46,872 nt of DNA from Actinomycetota bacterium (GTDB lineage Bacteria; Actinomycetota; Acidimicrobiia; Acidimicrobiales; Ilumatobacteraceae). This document shows positions 8,737 through 18,252 of the stretch, in pieces. The translations under genes and the position numbers were made by a program. Location of the stretch: NCBI GenBank assembly GCA_046082625.1, contig JBJTYE010000156.1, forward strand, positions 1-46,872, read 5' to 3'. Every line of letters starts with the position of its first letter. Within the stretch, counting starts at the first letter, position 1. Below the pieces are notes generated by a model, which had not been told where the DNA came from, did no database searches, and saw only the letters and a list, made by a program, of their open reading frames with translations.

Positions 8737-9741
8737 GTGGGCGACGCGCAGTGGAGGGGACGGAATCGGGTCCGGCTGGCGTCCCTGCCCACACCACTCG
8801 AGCTCGGTCCGACTCTTCCGAGCGGAGCCCGCCTGTGGATCAAACGCGATGATCTCACCGGCCTCGCACTCGGTGGCAACAAGGCGCGTAAGTTGGAGTT
8901 CCTGTGCGGTGAGGCCCGGGCCAACGACGCCAACTGCCTGATCACCGTCGGTGCGGGTCAATCGAATCATTGTCGGATGACGGCGGCGGCTGGAGCGTTG
9001 CTCGGGATGGAGACTCACGTCGTTCTCTCCGGAACGCGTCCGGCTCGATACGAGGGCAATCAACTGCTGTCCGATCTTCTCGGTGCTCATCAACACTTCA
9101 CCGGTGCCGAGCCGTCGCAGTGGGGACTCCTGGAGATCGCTCGCGACGAATTGACCGAGGAATTGACCGCTCAGGGGCTGCGACCGTATTCGATTCCCAT
9201 CGGTGGATCGACACCGGTGGGCGCACTCGGCTACGTGGCGGCCTTCGAGGAGATGATGGTGCAGTTCGATGAACAGGGCATCGCACCGCGGGCCGTGGTG
9301 GTGACATCGTCGAGCGGCGGAACGCACGCCGGTCTGGTTGCGGGCCGGGCCGCCTGGCGGCACGAACACGGCGGCCGCGATCTGCCGGAGGTGATCGCCA
9401 TCGGGGTGTCCAAAGGTGTGGTGGCCGGTCTGCCCGATGTGGCCGAACTGGCCCGGGAGGCCATGGCCCTCGCCGGTCTGGCGGGGGAGATCCGTCACGA
9501 TGACGTCGTGGTCGAAGCCCGCTGGCTGGGTCCGGACTATGCCGTGGCCACCGAGGAGTCGCGCGCCGCGCGGCGATGGGGAGCCGAACACGGCGCTCTC
9601 GTTCTCGATCAGGTGTACACGGCCAAGGGTTTCGCCGGACTGCTCGGTCTCGACGAATCCGGTCGGTGGAGTGGCACTGATGACGTCGTGTTCATCCACA
9701 CCGGCGGCTATCCGGAGATCTTCGTTCATCATGGATCGTGA
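8737..9741 (+). CDS. D-cysteine desulfhydrase / ACC deaminase family PLP-dependent enzyme
   Basis: LPTPLEL...IKRDDLTGLALGGNKARKLEFL (PLP-lysine motif), GAGQSNHCR and FIHTGG, collinear with E. coli DcyD. Start set to in-frame GTG 8737; the 151 upstream codons of the track ORF are antisense to ung. Confidence 0.85.
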   Translation: MGDAQWRGRNRVRLASLPTPLELGPTLPSGARLWIKRDDLTGLALGGNKARKLEFLCGEARANDANCLITVGAGQSNHCRMTAAAGALLGMETHVVLSGTRPARYEGNQLLSDLLGAHQHFTGAEPSQWGLLEIARDELTEELTAQGLRPYSIPIGGSTPVGALGYVAAFEEMMVQFDEQGIAPRAVVVTSSSGGTHAGLVAGRAAWRHEHGGRDLPEVIAIGVSKGVVAGLPDVAELAREAMALAGLAGEIRHDDVVVEARWLGPDYAVATEESRAARRWGAEHGALVLDQVYTAKGFAGLLGLDESGRWSGTDDVVFIHTGGYPEIFVHHGS

Positions 9742-10810
9742 CCTCACCGGTGCCGACGGGCGAGCCCTGTCCCGCGACACACTGGCGGTGGTGGCCGGGC
9801 GCCCGGGTGCCCCTGGCGATCCGCTCAACGAACCACTCGTCCTGGCGTCCAATTTCCGGGCCGGTCCGGAGTACGCCCGCACGCACGGGACCCGAACCTG
9901 GGAGGCCCTCGAAGACGCAGTCGGTGCACTCGAAGGTGGATCGTGCGTGTCCTATGCCAGCGGTTTGGCGGCGGCCCAGGCCATCGTCTTCGCCCTGCGA
10001 CCACGGTTGGTGGTGATTCCGGCGGTCAGTTATCTCGGTGTGCGATCGCTGCTGGCCGCGTCCGAGGATCGCGGTCACTTCGCCGTTCGGTATCTCGATT
10101 CCCTGGAACCCGACGCCGTGCGCCGGACCCTGGCGACTGACTGTGCCGATGCGGCCGGTGTGGTGTTGTGGTTGGAGTCTCCGGCCAATCCCACCCTCGA
10201 GCAGGCCGATCTCCCGGCACTGTGTGCTCTCGGAAACGAATTCGGTGTCGCCACGGTGGTGGACTCGACCTTCGCCTCGCCGGTGGCGCAGCAACCCCTC
10301 GCGTTCGGAGCCTCGGTGGTGATGCATTCGGGGACCAAGTTCATCGGCGGCCACAGTGATCTGTTGATGGGATTGGCGGTGGCCATCGATCCGGAGGTGC
10401 TCGCGGGTCTGCGCGAAGCCCGCACGTTGCAAGGAGCCACCCCGGGAGCCCTCGAAGCCTTCCTGGCGTTGCGCGGTCTGCGCACGTTGCCATTGCGCTA
10501 TCGGGCGGCCTCCGACAACGCTCGCTACCTGGCGGAGCGATTGGGCGCGCATCGGGCGGTCACCTGGGTCCGCCAGGTGGGGCCGATGGTCAGTTTCGTG
10601 GTGGAGGGAGGCGCGCCGGCAGCCGACGCCGTCTGCGATCGCGTGCGTCTGGCAGTGCCGGCCACCAGTCTCGGCGGAGTGGAAACCACCCTCGAGCGAC
10701 GGCAGAAGTATCCCGGCGACGCCGCCGTCGATCCCGGCCTCGTGCGGATGAGTGTGGGCATCGAGTCACCCGAGGACATCTGGGCCGATCTGATGCAGGC
10801 TCTCGCCTAG
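9731..10810 (+). CDS. Cys/Met-metabolism PLP enzyme (cystathionine gamma-synthase/lyase family)
   Basis: Starts at in-frame ATG 9731 (MDRDLTG), overlapping the previous stop by 11 nt. Motifs LESPANPTL, HSGTKFIGGHSDLLMG (PLP Lys) and SLGGVETTLE. Confidence 0.85.
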   Translation: MDRDLTGADGRALSRDTLAVVAGRPGAPGDPLNEPLVLASNFRAGPEYARTHGTRTWEALEDAVGALEGGSCVSYASGLAAAQAIVFALRPRLVVIPAVSYLGVRSLLAASEDRGHFAVRYLDSLEPDAVRRTLATDCADAAGVVLWLESPANPTLEQADLPALCALGNEFGVATVVDSTFASPVAQQPLAFGASVVMHSGTKFIGGHSDLLMGLAVAIDPEVLAGLREARTLQGATPGALEAFLALRGLRTLPLRYRAASDNARYLAERLGAHRAVTWVRQVGPMVSFVVEGGAPAADAVCDRVRLAVPATSLGGVETTLERRQKYPGDAAVDPGLVRMSVGIESPEDIWADLMQALA

Positions 10811-10854
10811 GTCGCGCCGACGTTCGGTGAGCCCGGAGCGTTAGCGTTCCGGTC

Positions 10855-11829
10855 ATGGGTGACTCGATCCTCGACGTCGATCTGCTGGCTTTCGAGCGAG
10901 GAGATCGGAACGCCCGGGCGGCCGTGGTCGACGGAGTCCGTCGCAGCCTGACCACCGGATTCGTCTACACGAGCAGCGATCTTTCCGACGATCTCCTCGA
11001 CACCGCCTACGGGATGCTGGTCGACTTTTTCTCACTCGACCAAGAGACCAAGCAGAAGTTCGTGGCTCCGGGTTCGCACGGCCAGACCGGGTACACGGGT
11101 CTGTTGGTCGAAACCGCGGCCAGCAGCGACAAACCCGACTGGAAGGAAATGCTCAACTGGGCGTCGCCGATTCCGTCGGGACATCCCCTGCGCCGCCGGT
11201 TCCCGGGTTCGTATCCCGATCAGTTGCTCCCCGATGCGGCGGTACCGGGAATCTCGAAGGTTCTGTACCAATTCCACGACGCCATCGCCGATCTTCAGAA
11301 GCGTTTCCTGCGGGTCATCGCCGTCGGCATCGGATGTCACGAGACATTCTTCGACGACATGGTCACCGATGGCCCGACGCTGACGCGGGCCATCCGGTAT
11401 CCCTCCATGAAGGATGCGCCGGCCGGCGGACACATCTGGGCCGGCGCCCATGGGGACATCAACCTCATCACCGCTCTGCCTCGGGCCTCGGCGCCGGGTC
11501 TGCAAGTGGAAGTGGACGGAGTGTGGGTGGACGCCATCCCACCGGACGGCAAGGTCATCATCAACACCGGCATCATGCTCGAACGTTTGACCAATGGCAT
11601 CCTGCCCGTGGGCTGGCATCGGGTCATCGCCTCGCCCGGATTCGAGGGTGAGCGCTACAGCGTGGTGCAGTTCTGCCATCCGCGTCCCTGGACCATGCTC
11701 GCTCCGGTACCGGCTTGCTGCACACCGGACAACCCGCCGCGCTTTTCCACCATCAGTGCCGCCGACGCCCTGGACGAGGTTCTGTATCAGATCAATCTCA
11801 TCGAGGACGCCCGGCGCGTGGCCGACTGA
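10855..11829 (+). CDS. 2-oxoglutarate/Fe(II)-dependent oxygenase (isopenicillin-N-synthase / ACC-oxidase-like)
   Basis: 324 aa. H-x-D in GAHGDINLITAL, distal His in VGWHRVIA, R-x-S in GERYSVVQF. The N-terminal non-haem dioxygenase region is also present. Confidence 0.8.
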   Translation: MGDSILDVDLLAFERGDRNARAAVVDGVRRSLTTGFVYTSSDLSDDLLDTAYGMLVDFFSLDQETKQKFVAPGSHGQTGYTGLLVETAASSDKPDWKEMLNWASPIPSGHPLRRRFPGSYPDQLLPDAAVPGISKVLYQFHDAIADLQKRFLRVIAVGIGCHETFFDDMVTDGPTLTRAIRYPSMKDAPAGGHIWAGAHGDINLITALPRASAPGLQVEVDGVWVDAIPPDGKVIINTGIMLERLTNGILPVGWHRVIASPGFEGERYSVVQFCHPRPWTMLAPVPACCTPDNPPRFSTISAADALDEVLYQINLIEDARRVAD

Positions 11830-11843
11830 TCCGTCGGAAATCG

Positions 11844-12785
11844 ATGATGGAGGATCAGGAGAGTCCCAAGCTTGCGACGCGAGAACTGGCTCTGGCGGTC
11901 GACATCGGCGGGACCAAGATGGCCGTGGGCCTGGTGACCCGCAAGGGTGAATTGCTCGACCGCGACATAGTGCGTACCGATGCCGACAAGAACGCCGTCG
12001 ATCTCTTCGAGAGTCTGCGGCAGATCATCGTGCGACAGATGGATCGGGCGGCGGAGCGTCACCGTGGACAGGTGGTGGTGGTGGGAATCGGCTCGGCCGG
12101 ACCCATCGAGACCGATTGCGCCACCATTTCACCTCTCAACATTCCGGCGTGGAAGGGTTTCCCGCTGCGTTCGCGAATCGCCGAGATCGTCGAGACTCCG
12201 GTGTTCGGCGATCTGGATGCCAAGGCTTTCGCTCTGGCCGAGGGCTGGTTGGGGGCGGCCCGTGGCGAGACCAATTTCGTGGGGATGGTGGTCAGCACCG
12301 GCGTCGGCGGAGGCATCGTGCTCGACGGACGACTTCTCGACGGGGCGTCGGGCAATGCCGGCCACATCGGCCACATCATCGTGAACCCGCAGGGAAATCG
12401 CTGCGGGTGCGGAGCGCGCGGCTGTCTGGAAGCCGAGGCATCGGGAACGGCCATCGCCGCCATCTCGGGCCGCTCGGCCACCGAACCCTCGTACGAGATC
12501 ATGCAGCGCACCGGACACATGGTCGGTCTGGCCGTGGCCAGTGTGTGCAATTTCTTCGATCTCCGTTTGGCGGTCGTCGGGGGATCGGTGGCACTCGGCT
12601 TCGGACCGACTTTCTTCCATGCCGCGCAGCTCACCCTCGATCGCCATTGTCGTCTGGCGTACTCCCGCGGGGCGCGGATCGTTCCCGCCCGACTCGGCGA
12701 TCAGAGTCCCTTGATCGGGGCCGCCGCCGTCGGATGGCGCCGGTTGAACCAGAGCGCCGAGACTCAACCGCCCAGCCAGCGGTAG
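11844..12785 (+). CDS. ROK family sugar kinase
   Basis: In-frame ATG 11844 (MMEDQESP). ATP-binding LAVDIGGTKMAVGLV and the ROK zinc motif GHIIVNPQGNRCGCGARGCLEAEASG. Confidence 0.85.
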   Translation: MMEDQESPKLATRELALAVDIGGTKMAVGLVTRKGELLDRDIVRTDADKNAVDLFESLRQIIVRQMDRAAERHRGQVVVVGIGSAGPIETDCATISPLNIPAWKGFPLRSRIAEIVETPVFGDLDAKAFALAEGWLGAARGETNFVGMVVSTGVGGGIVLDGRLLDGASGNAGHIGHIIVNPQGNRCGCGARGCLEAEASGTAIAAISGRSATEPSYEIMQRTGHMVGLAVASVCNFFDLRLAVVGGSVALGFGPTFFHAAQLTLDRHCRLAYSRGARIVPARLGDQSPLIGAAAVGWRRLNQSAETQPPSQR

Positions 12786-13882
12786 ATCCGCTCGGCTGGT
12801 CCTCGTCCGAGGCGATGATGCCACCAGGCGGCCGCGGCGATGGCCAGGATCCAGTAGCCGACAGCCACGAGCAGTGCCGCCCCCAGGCCGGTGGCCGTGA
12901 ACCATCCGAACCATTCCACGACTGCGTAGTAGAACAGGATGTGCCCGAGGTAGAGGCTGAGCGTCATCTGGCCGGCCCGTTGCAGCGGGCGCACCATCCG
13001 TGAACCTCGAAACGTCTCGGCCAGACGATTCAGCACCAGAACTGCAAGTACTGCGATTCCGGCGGTGCTCACGACGTAGAGCAGACCGCGACTGTTCGGA
13101 TCCATGGCGGTGAGCACGTTCATCAACGCGTCATCGCGCCGATCCCGAACAGCGGTGGCCAGACCGTAGGACATGGCTACCGCTCCGAGGGCCGCGACGG
13201 CGAGTGGACCGGGACGGCTGGTGAGGCGGGACCAGTTCCGTCCCATGATCATGCCGATGCAGAAGAAGGCCAACCACGGGCAGAGCGGATGGGTGTATCC
13301 GATGACGACGCGAAAGAAGAAGTCGCGGAGCGAATCGATCTCGGCCGGATTCATCCAGGCGGTGGAGAATCCGTCCAGTTCCCGTTGTCGTCGCCACGTG
13401 GCCACGCCCACGGCCGCCGCCGTGGCGACTGCAGCCAGCGCGGCCAGGTGACGACTCCGCAATCGGTACAAGACGGCGGCGCAGACGAAGTAGGCGCCGT
13501 AGTAGAAGAGAATGGTTCCGGGCCACGCTTCGTTCACGAAGTACCCGACGGCCAGCAGGAACAGGCCGCGCCGCACCAGGCGGGCGCCGTGGGGACGATC
13601 GCTGCTGGTGAGAAAGACCGCTGAGATCCCGGCGATGACCACGAACGTGGCGGCGAATCGGGTGGTGAGCACTCCGGTCCGGATGTCGAAGATGCGGTTC
13701 AGGAGGTCATCGGGCGGCGCGTCCGGACCGCGGAAGTTCATCATCCCGTGGTAATTCATGACCACCACGCCGATGAGAGCCACGGCTCGAGCGACATCGA
13801 GTCCGATGGTGCGCTCGCGACCCGACGAGGTCCGGCCGGCCGGCGGATGGTCGAACGGTGTCGTCGGATCGGAGGACGACAT
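12764..13882 (-). CDS. Integral membrane protein, DUF418/DUF1624 (YeiB / acyltransferase-3-like)
   Basis: Polytopic ORF with IGLDVARAVALIGVVVMNYHG near the N-terminus. Start set to ATG 13882, 11 nt after the alr-like stop. Family assignment is from memory of the motif only. Confidence 0.55.
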   Translation of the reverse strand: MSSSDPTTPFDHPPAGRTSSGRERTIGLDVARAVALIGVVVMNYHGMMNFRGPDAPPDDLLNRIFDIRTGVLTTRFAATFVVIAGISAVFLTSSDRPHGARLVRRGLFLLAVGYFVNEAWPGTILFYYGAYFVCAAVLYRLRSRHLAALAAVATAAAVGVATWRRQRELDGFSTAWMNPAEIDSLRDFFFRVVIGYTHPLCPWLAFFCIGMIMGRNWSRLTSRPGPLAVAALGAVAMSYGLATAVRDRRDDALMNVLTAMDPNSRGLLYVVSTAGIAVLAVLVLNRLAETFRGSRMVRPLQRAGQMTLSLYLGHILFYYAVVEWFGWFTATGLGAALLVAVGYWILAIAAAAWWHHRLGRGPAERIYRWLGG

Positions 13883-13893
13883 GGCAGTCGGAC

Positions 13894-14856
13894 TCAGGTC
13901 CACGCGATGCAGTCGACGGTGGTGGTGGTCAAGGGCCGCTGGACGTCGATCGAATCGCCGACGTCCGGAGCGGCCTCGGACTCGGGAACGAAGCACATCG
14001 ACGTGTGCATGTGGGGTGGCTCCACCAGGTCGAGCCGTCGTCGTCGGAAATGGAAGGGACTGCGTCCGTCGGACAGGGGAGTGACGCCGTGGGCCGATCC
14101 GCAGCCGACCATCACCAGGTAACCGTCACCGGACACCGCGGTGCCGCGATAGCCCACTGCGGTTCCGGCGCCGACCGCCACTCGATCGAGAACCTCGGCC
14201 CGGAGGGAGAACATCGACTTGTCGCCGTGCCAGAGCGCGGTCCCGAGGCGTAGATGCCAGTTCCGTGACGGGTGGGCGTCTCGCAAGGCGAGATAATCGT
14301 CCACATCGATGTGGCTCACCCAGATGGCCAGTTCGGGGTCGACGCCAGCGGCGTCCAATGATCCGACCAGCGTGTCGATCTCCTGTCGATGGTCGCCGCT
14401 GGTACCGGCCAGCGGGGGATGGATGGACATACCGGAGATCTGCAGATCGTGATCGCGACAAGCCGCCACGAGTGTCGGCGCGCGGTCGGCTTCGATGCCG
14501 TAGCGGTGCATGGACGAACGCACTTTGACCAGGACGCGGCGACCGGGTCGATCCGAAGCGGCGCGGACGTGGTCGGGCGAGCCCACGCTCAAGATGGCAT
14601 TGTCGCGCAGCGGAAACGGGAGATCCAAAGTGGGGGTGAGGACCACCGCCGAGTAATTGGAGGGGATGTCGGCCACTTCGTGGATGGTGCCGACGGCCAT
14701 GATCGGAGCGAGGGTGGCGGCGCGCTCGGCCAACCAGGCCCGTCCGAATCCGTAGCCGTTGCCCTTGACCACTGGGACCAGACCGGGGACCCGGGCGGCC
14801 AGGGTGTCCACGTGCCGGTTCCAGACCGCGGAGTCGACGGTCAAGGTCAAGGTCAC
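13894..14856 (-). CDS. Alanine racemase family PLP enzyme (short form)
   Basis: VPVVKGNGYGFG (PLP Lys, compare VVKANAYGHG) and the C-terminal barrel region AVGYRGTAVSGDGYLVMVGCGSAHGV. Start set to GTG 14856; the longer track ORF would overlap the divergent DUF4395 gene. Confidence 0.7.
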   Translation of the reverse strand: MTLTLTVDSAVWNRHVDTLAARVPGLVPVVKGNGYGFGRAWLAERAATLAPIMAVGTIHEVADIPSNYSAVVLTPTLDLPFPLRDNAILSVGSPDHVRAASDRPGRRVLVKVRSSMHRYGIEADRAPTLVAACRDHDLQISGMSIHPPLAGTSGDHRQEIDTLVGSLDAAGVDPELAIWVSHIDVDDYLALRDAHPSRNWHLRLGTALWHGDKSMFSLRAEVLDRVAVGAGTAVGYRGTAVSGDGYLVMVGCGSAHGVTPLSDGRSPFHFRRRRLDLVEPPHMHTSMCFVPESEAAPDVGDSIDVQRPLTTTTVDCIAWT

Positions 14857-14940
14857 GATCCGACGATACCCAGGGGTCGGACCGTCGCCGGGCCGAAAAT
14901 ACGACTTGTTGAGTCGGGAATTCTCCCCTAGCCTCACCCC

Positions 14941-15447
14941 ATGGCGCAACGTGACAAGACAGGCATCTTCGGCTTCCCAGCCACCGTCAACGAGGTCTCG
15001 GCCCGTCTGGTGGCCACCGGCGTGGTGGCTCAAGCCGCGCTGTTCCTGGTCTGGCGGCAGTGGTGGTTGCTCGTTCCCCTGGCCTACGGCTTCGTGGCTC
15101 GGGTGCTGTCCGGTCCCACCCTCAGTCCTCTCGGGCAGTTGGTGACCCGGGTGATCACACCTCGACTCGGTTTCGCCGAACGCATCGTTCCCGGACCGCC
15201 GAAGCGTTTCGCCCAGTCCATTGGAGCCGTCTTCTCGGTCGGCGCCCTGGTGGCCTGGGGACTCGGTTCGTCGACCGCGGCCGTGATCTTGATGCTCGGA
15301 CTGCTGGTGGCGGCCAGTCTCGAAGCCTTCGTCGGTTACTGCGTGGGCTGTGCGATCTTCGGCGTGCTGATGAAGACCGGCATCGTGCCCGAGTCGGTGT
15401 GCGAGGCCTGTCAGGACATCTCGCGCCGGTCACCCGTGCCGAGCTGA
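14941..15447 (+). CDS. DUF4395 domain-containing membrane protein
   Basis: 168 aa with four hydrophobic segments. Carries FGFPATVNEVSARLVA and the C-terminal FVGYCVGCAIF...CEAC typical of DUF4395 as I remember it. Confidence 0.65.
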   Translation: MAQRDKTGIFGFPATVNEVSARLVATGVVAQAALFLVWRQWWLLVPLAYGFVARVLSGPTLSPLGQLVTRVITPRLGFAERIVPGPPKRFAQSIGAVFSVGALVAWGLGSSTAAVILMLGLLVAASLEAFVGYCVGCAIFGVLMKTGIVPESVCEACQDISRRSPVPS

Positions 15448-16814
15448 GCGTCGCCGAGACGCGGTCGGATCACATCCAGGCGACGGGGGCGCGCGCCTCC
15501 GGTCCAGACTCCGGCTCCGTAGGCCAGGTCGTCGGACCAGCGCGCCAGCACGTAGGTCACCGGATCCAGGGTCGAACGTCGTTCGCGCCACTGCCACAAT
15601 CCGGGAAGGACCACGGCCGCCATCCACAGACGAGGTGCTCGACGGGTGACGAGGCCAGCCAGAGCGAGAAGAGGCCACCAGACCCGGGACATGGCGCGAG
15701 CCACGCTGCGTCCCGCCTGGAGATGACCCGCCGCCACCGTGTGGATGACGATGCGATCGATGCCGGACGTGTCCCGACCGAGTTCGCGTCCCAGAGATCG
15801 GCGTAGTCGGACCGCCGGCACGCCGGCGAGGATGCCGGCCACGACGGGGAATCCTCCGAGCAACGCGATCCAGGGCGCGGCGGTCCAAGCCGACCAGCGC
15901 AGTGGAGCCAGGGCTCCGGGGTGACGTTCTTCGAGAGGGGCCGCTGATGTCCCGTAGTGGAAGCGTTGTCGCCACATGTCCGGCCAGGTGGAGCGCGGGC
16001 GATGGTGGACGACCACGTCGGGTTCGTAACGACAGCGGACGCCGTCGGCATCGAACCGCCAGACGAGATCCACGTCCTCGCCGAAACGCAGACGCGCGTC
16101 GAATCCACCGTGCCGACGAAAATGCGCCGTTCGCACCATGATCACCGCGCTCGGGACGTAGGAGAGCCGACCGCCTCGGTGGAGTCGGGCCGGATGCGGC
16201 CCCATGTCGAGAGGCGAGTCGGTCATCTCGTAGCGAGCCAGAACGGACGCACCGGGGATCGAGGCGACCCGCGGGGCCACGAGACCCACCTGATGGTCGT
16301 CGAAATGTCCGAGCAATGGTGCCCACGTCTCGGCACCACCCGCCGGGATCACCACGTCGGCATCGATGAAGAGGATGAACTCGGTGTCGGCCAGAGCGGC
16401 TCCGGCATTGCGGGCCGCCGCCGGTCCGAGAGAAACATCGTGACGCAGGAAAGTCACGCCGTCACGCGCTGCGATGGGCGGTGAGGATCCATCGTCCACC
16501 ACCACGACCCGTGCGACCGGAGGCAGTGACGTCAACAGCTCGTCGAGATCGGGAGCGTCCCGGACGGGAAGGACCACCGTGACCTGGTCCAGGGAGGCCG
16601 AGTGATCGACGAAACGTTCGTGGATGGCGTCGGCTTTCAGAAGTCGGTCGAGAAGGGTTCGATGAATGTCGGACACGGGCGTCGACGACTCCAAGGCGTC
16701 GAGCAGCGGACGTGCTCGGGCCGTGAAGCGGAACATTCGCAGAGGCCAGCCGGCGAGCACCGTGTCGCGAGATCGCCACCAACTGGCGTCGACGATGAAG
16801 CGACGATCGCTCAT
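15411..16814 (-). CDS. mftF: Mycofactocin-system-type glycosyltransferase (MftF-like GT2 with C-terminal membrane domain)
   Basis: 467 aa in three parts:
- N-terminal ~90-aa pre-domain (VLAGWPLRMFRFTARARPLLDAL, compare the MftF GGSPxRLLRL pattern).
- GT2 core VTVVLPVRD...VVVVDDGS...GPAAARNAG...FIDADV.
- Hydrophobic C-terminal third.
ATGA overlap with the mftE-like gene. Confidence 0.7.
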   Translation of the reverse strand: MSDRRFIVDASWWRSRDTVLAGWPLRMFRFTARARPLLDALESSTPVSDIHRTLLDRLLKADAIHERFVDHSASLDQVTVVLPVRDAPDLDELLTSLPPVARVVVVDDGSSPPIAARDGVTFLRHDVSLGPAAARNAGAALADTEFILFIDADVVIPAGGAETWAPLLGHFDDHQVGLVAPRVASIPGASVLARYEMTDSPLDMGPHPARLHRGGRLSYVPSAVIMVRTAHFRRHGGFDARLRFGEDVDLVWRFDADGVRCRYEPDVVVHHRPRSTWPDMWRQRFHYGTSAAPLEERHPGALAPLRWSAWTAAPWIALLGGFPVVAGILAGVPAVRLRRSLGRELGRDTSGIDRIVIHTVAAGHLQAGRSVARAMSRVWWPLLALAGLVTRRAPRLWMAAVVLPGLWQWRERRSTLDPVTYVLARWSDDLAYGAGVWTGGARPRRLDVIRPRLGDAQLGTGDRREMS

Positions 16815-17455
16815 CGGATGTCGGGTCCGCCATCGATGGCGGCCAGCAGAGCGGACGTCCAGCGATCGAGCAGGGCCGATCCGATGGTGGCATCGGCCCC
16901 GCGAGGATCACCGAGGACGCCGGAGGGACTGACGGCCCGCAGTCCGTCGGTGCGCAGTCGGGACATGAGAGTCGAGATCGGTTCGCACACTCCGGCCCGG
17001 AGCAGGTCGACGCGCACCTGATCGGGGGCCAGGGCCAACATCACCGAGGTCTCGATCCGTCCGGCATGGGTGTCGCATTCGTCCTCGAGGGGAGGAGACC
17101 AGAATCGGACGTCGTGACCTTCGGCGCCGAGGGTGCGGCGTGCTCGATCGATGGCATCCGAGTTGCCGCCGTGCCCGTTGACGAAGAGCACCCGACGCGC
17201 CCACGTCGCCGAGCGGACGATCTCGATCATCAGCGCCGCCGTGGTCTCGGTCCCTGCCGACAGGGTCCCTGGAAATCCGGAATGCTCGCCACTGGCGGTC
17301 ACGGTGAGTGCCGGACCGAGGACGGCATCGGAACGGGTGGCGACGACGCGCCTCGCCAGTTCGGCGGCGATGCGGGTGTCGGTGTCGAAGGGCAGATGAG
17401 GACCGTGTTGCTCCCAGGAGCCGACGGGAACGACGAGGAGATCCCTGGAGCTCAC
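16811..17455 (-). CDS. mftE: Creatininase-family peptidase, MftE-like
   Basis: LLVVPVGSWEQHGPHLPFDTDTRIAAELARRV and FVNGHGGN...HAGRIETS. Start set to GTG 17455, a GTGA overlap with the etfB-like stop; the track start is 17473. Confidence 0.75.
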   Translation of the reverse strand: MSSRDLLVVPVGSWEQHGPHLPFDTDTRIAAELARRVVATRSDAVLGPALTVTASGEHSGFPGTLSAGTETTAALMIEIVRSATWARRVLFVNGHGGNSDAIDRARRTLGAEGHDVRFWSPPLEDECDTHAGRIETSVMLALAPDQVRVDLLRAGVCEPISTLMSRLRTDGLRAVSPSGVLGDPRGADATIGSALLDRWTSALLAAIDGGPDIR

Positions 17456-18252
17456 GGCTCGAGGTAGTTCCACTGGCGGAGTGCGGACACGATGCGCTCG
17501 GCCGCCGGACGCGGTTCCAGGTGGACCACTTCACCGTGACCTTTGGCGGCCGAGGTGTCGGTGACCATCCGGACTCGATCGAGGGCCCGATCGCCGCGCG
17601 GAGCCGGAACCACCCGGGCCCGAGGACGGAACGGCCGGGTGGTCCCGACCTCGACCACGGCCGGTGGGGCGGCGAGCGGCGGTTGGTCGACCGGAATCTC
17701 GGCCCGAGATGCGGTCATGGTGTCGCGCAGAGGGGCGCGTCGCAGTCGAGCCGTGGAACCCTCGACCGAGAGCACGGCCGGCCCGCGGATCTCGAGCACC
17801 TCGCGACGACCGCCATCCAAACGGCGTCTGACCCGCAGCGGATCGTCCGACCGTTCCGGGAGATCCACGGCGATCAATCCCAGGGCCTGGCCGTAGTCCA
17901 GCTCGGCGGCCAGGAAGGCCGGCACCGAACCCGAGCCGCGGTCGGACGAATAGTCACCGCACCAGACGAATCGGCAGTCCGCAACCGCCGATCGCAAGGC
18001 CGCCGCGACCGTGGCACTCGGGACGTCGGCATCGAGTTCGATGCGTCGAACCTCGTCGACTCCGACCGCCAGGGCCTCGCGCAGGACGGTGTCGGCGCCC
18101 ATCGGCCCGGCGGTGACGGCGCGCACCGTCTCGCCAGTGCGCGCCGCGGTGGTCAGGGCCAGTTCGAGTGCGGCCTGGTCGGCATAGGAGAGTTGTACGA
18201 ATCGCTCGTCGCGATCGTCACCGAGCGACCACTTCAGACAGACGGCGATCAT
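17452..18252 (-). CDS. fixA: Electron transfer flavoprotein beta subunit-like (FixA/EtfB)
   Basis: In-frame ATG 18252 (MIAVCLKW...), an ATGA overlap with the fixX stop. Carries GDYSSDRGSGSVPAFLAAELDYGQALGLIAVDL, typical of EtfB. Confidence 0.8.
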   Translation of the reverse strand: MIAVCLKWSLGDDRDERFVQLSYADQAALELALTTAARTGETVRAVTAGPMGADTVLREALAVGVDEVRRIELDADVPSATVAAALRSAVADCRFVWCGDYSSDRGSGSVPAFLAAELDYGQALGLIAVDLPERSDDPLRVRRRLDGGRREVLEIRGPAVLSVEGSTARLRRAPLRDTMTASRAEIPVDQPPLAAPPAVVEVGTTRPFRPRARVVPAPRGDRALDRVRMVTDTSAAKGHGEVVHLEPRPAAERIVSALRQWNYLEP

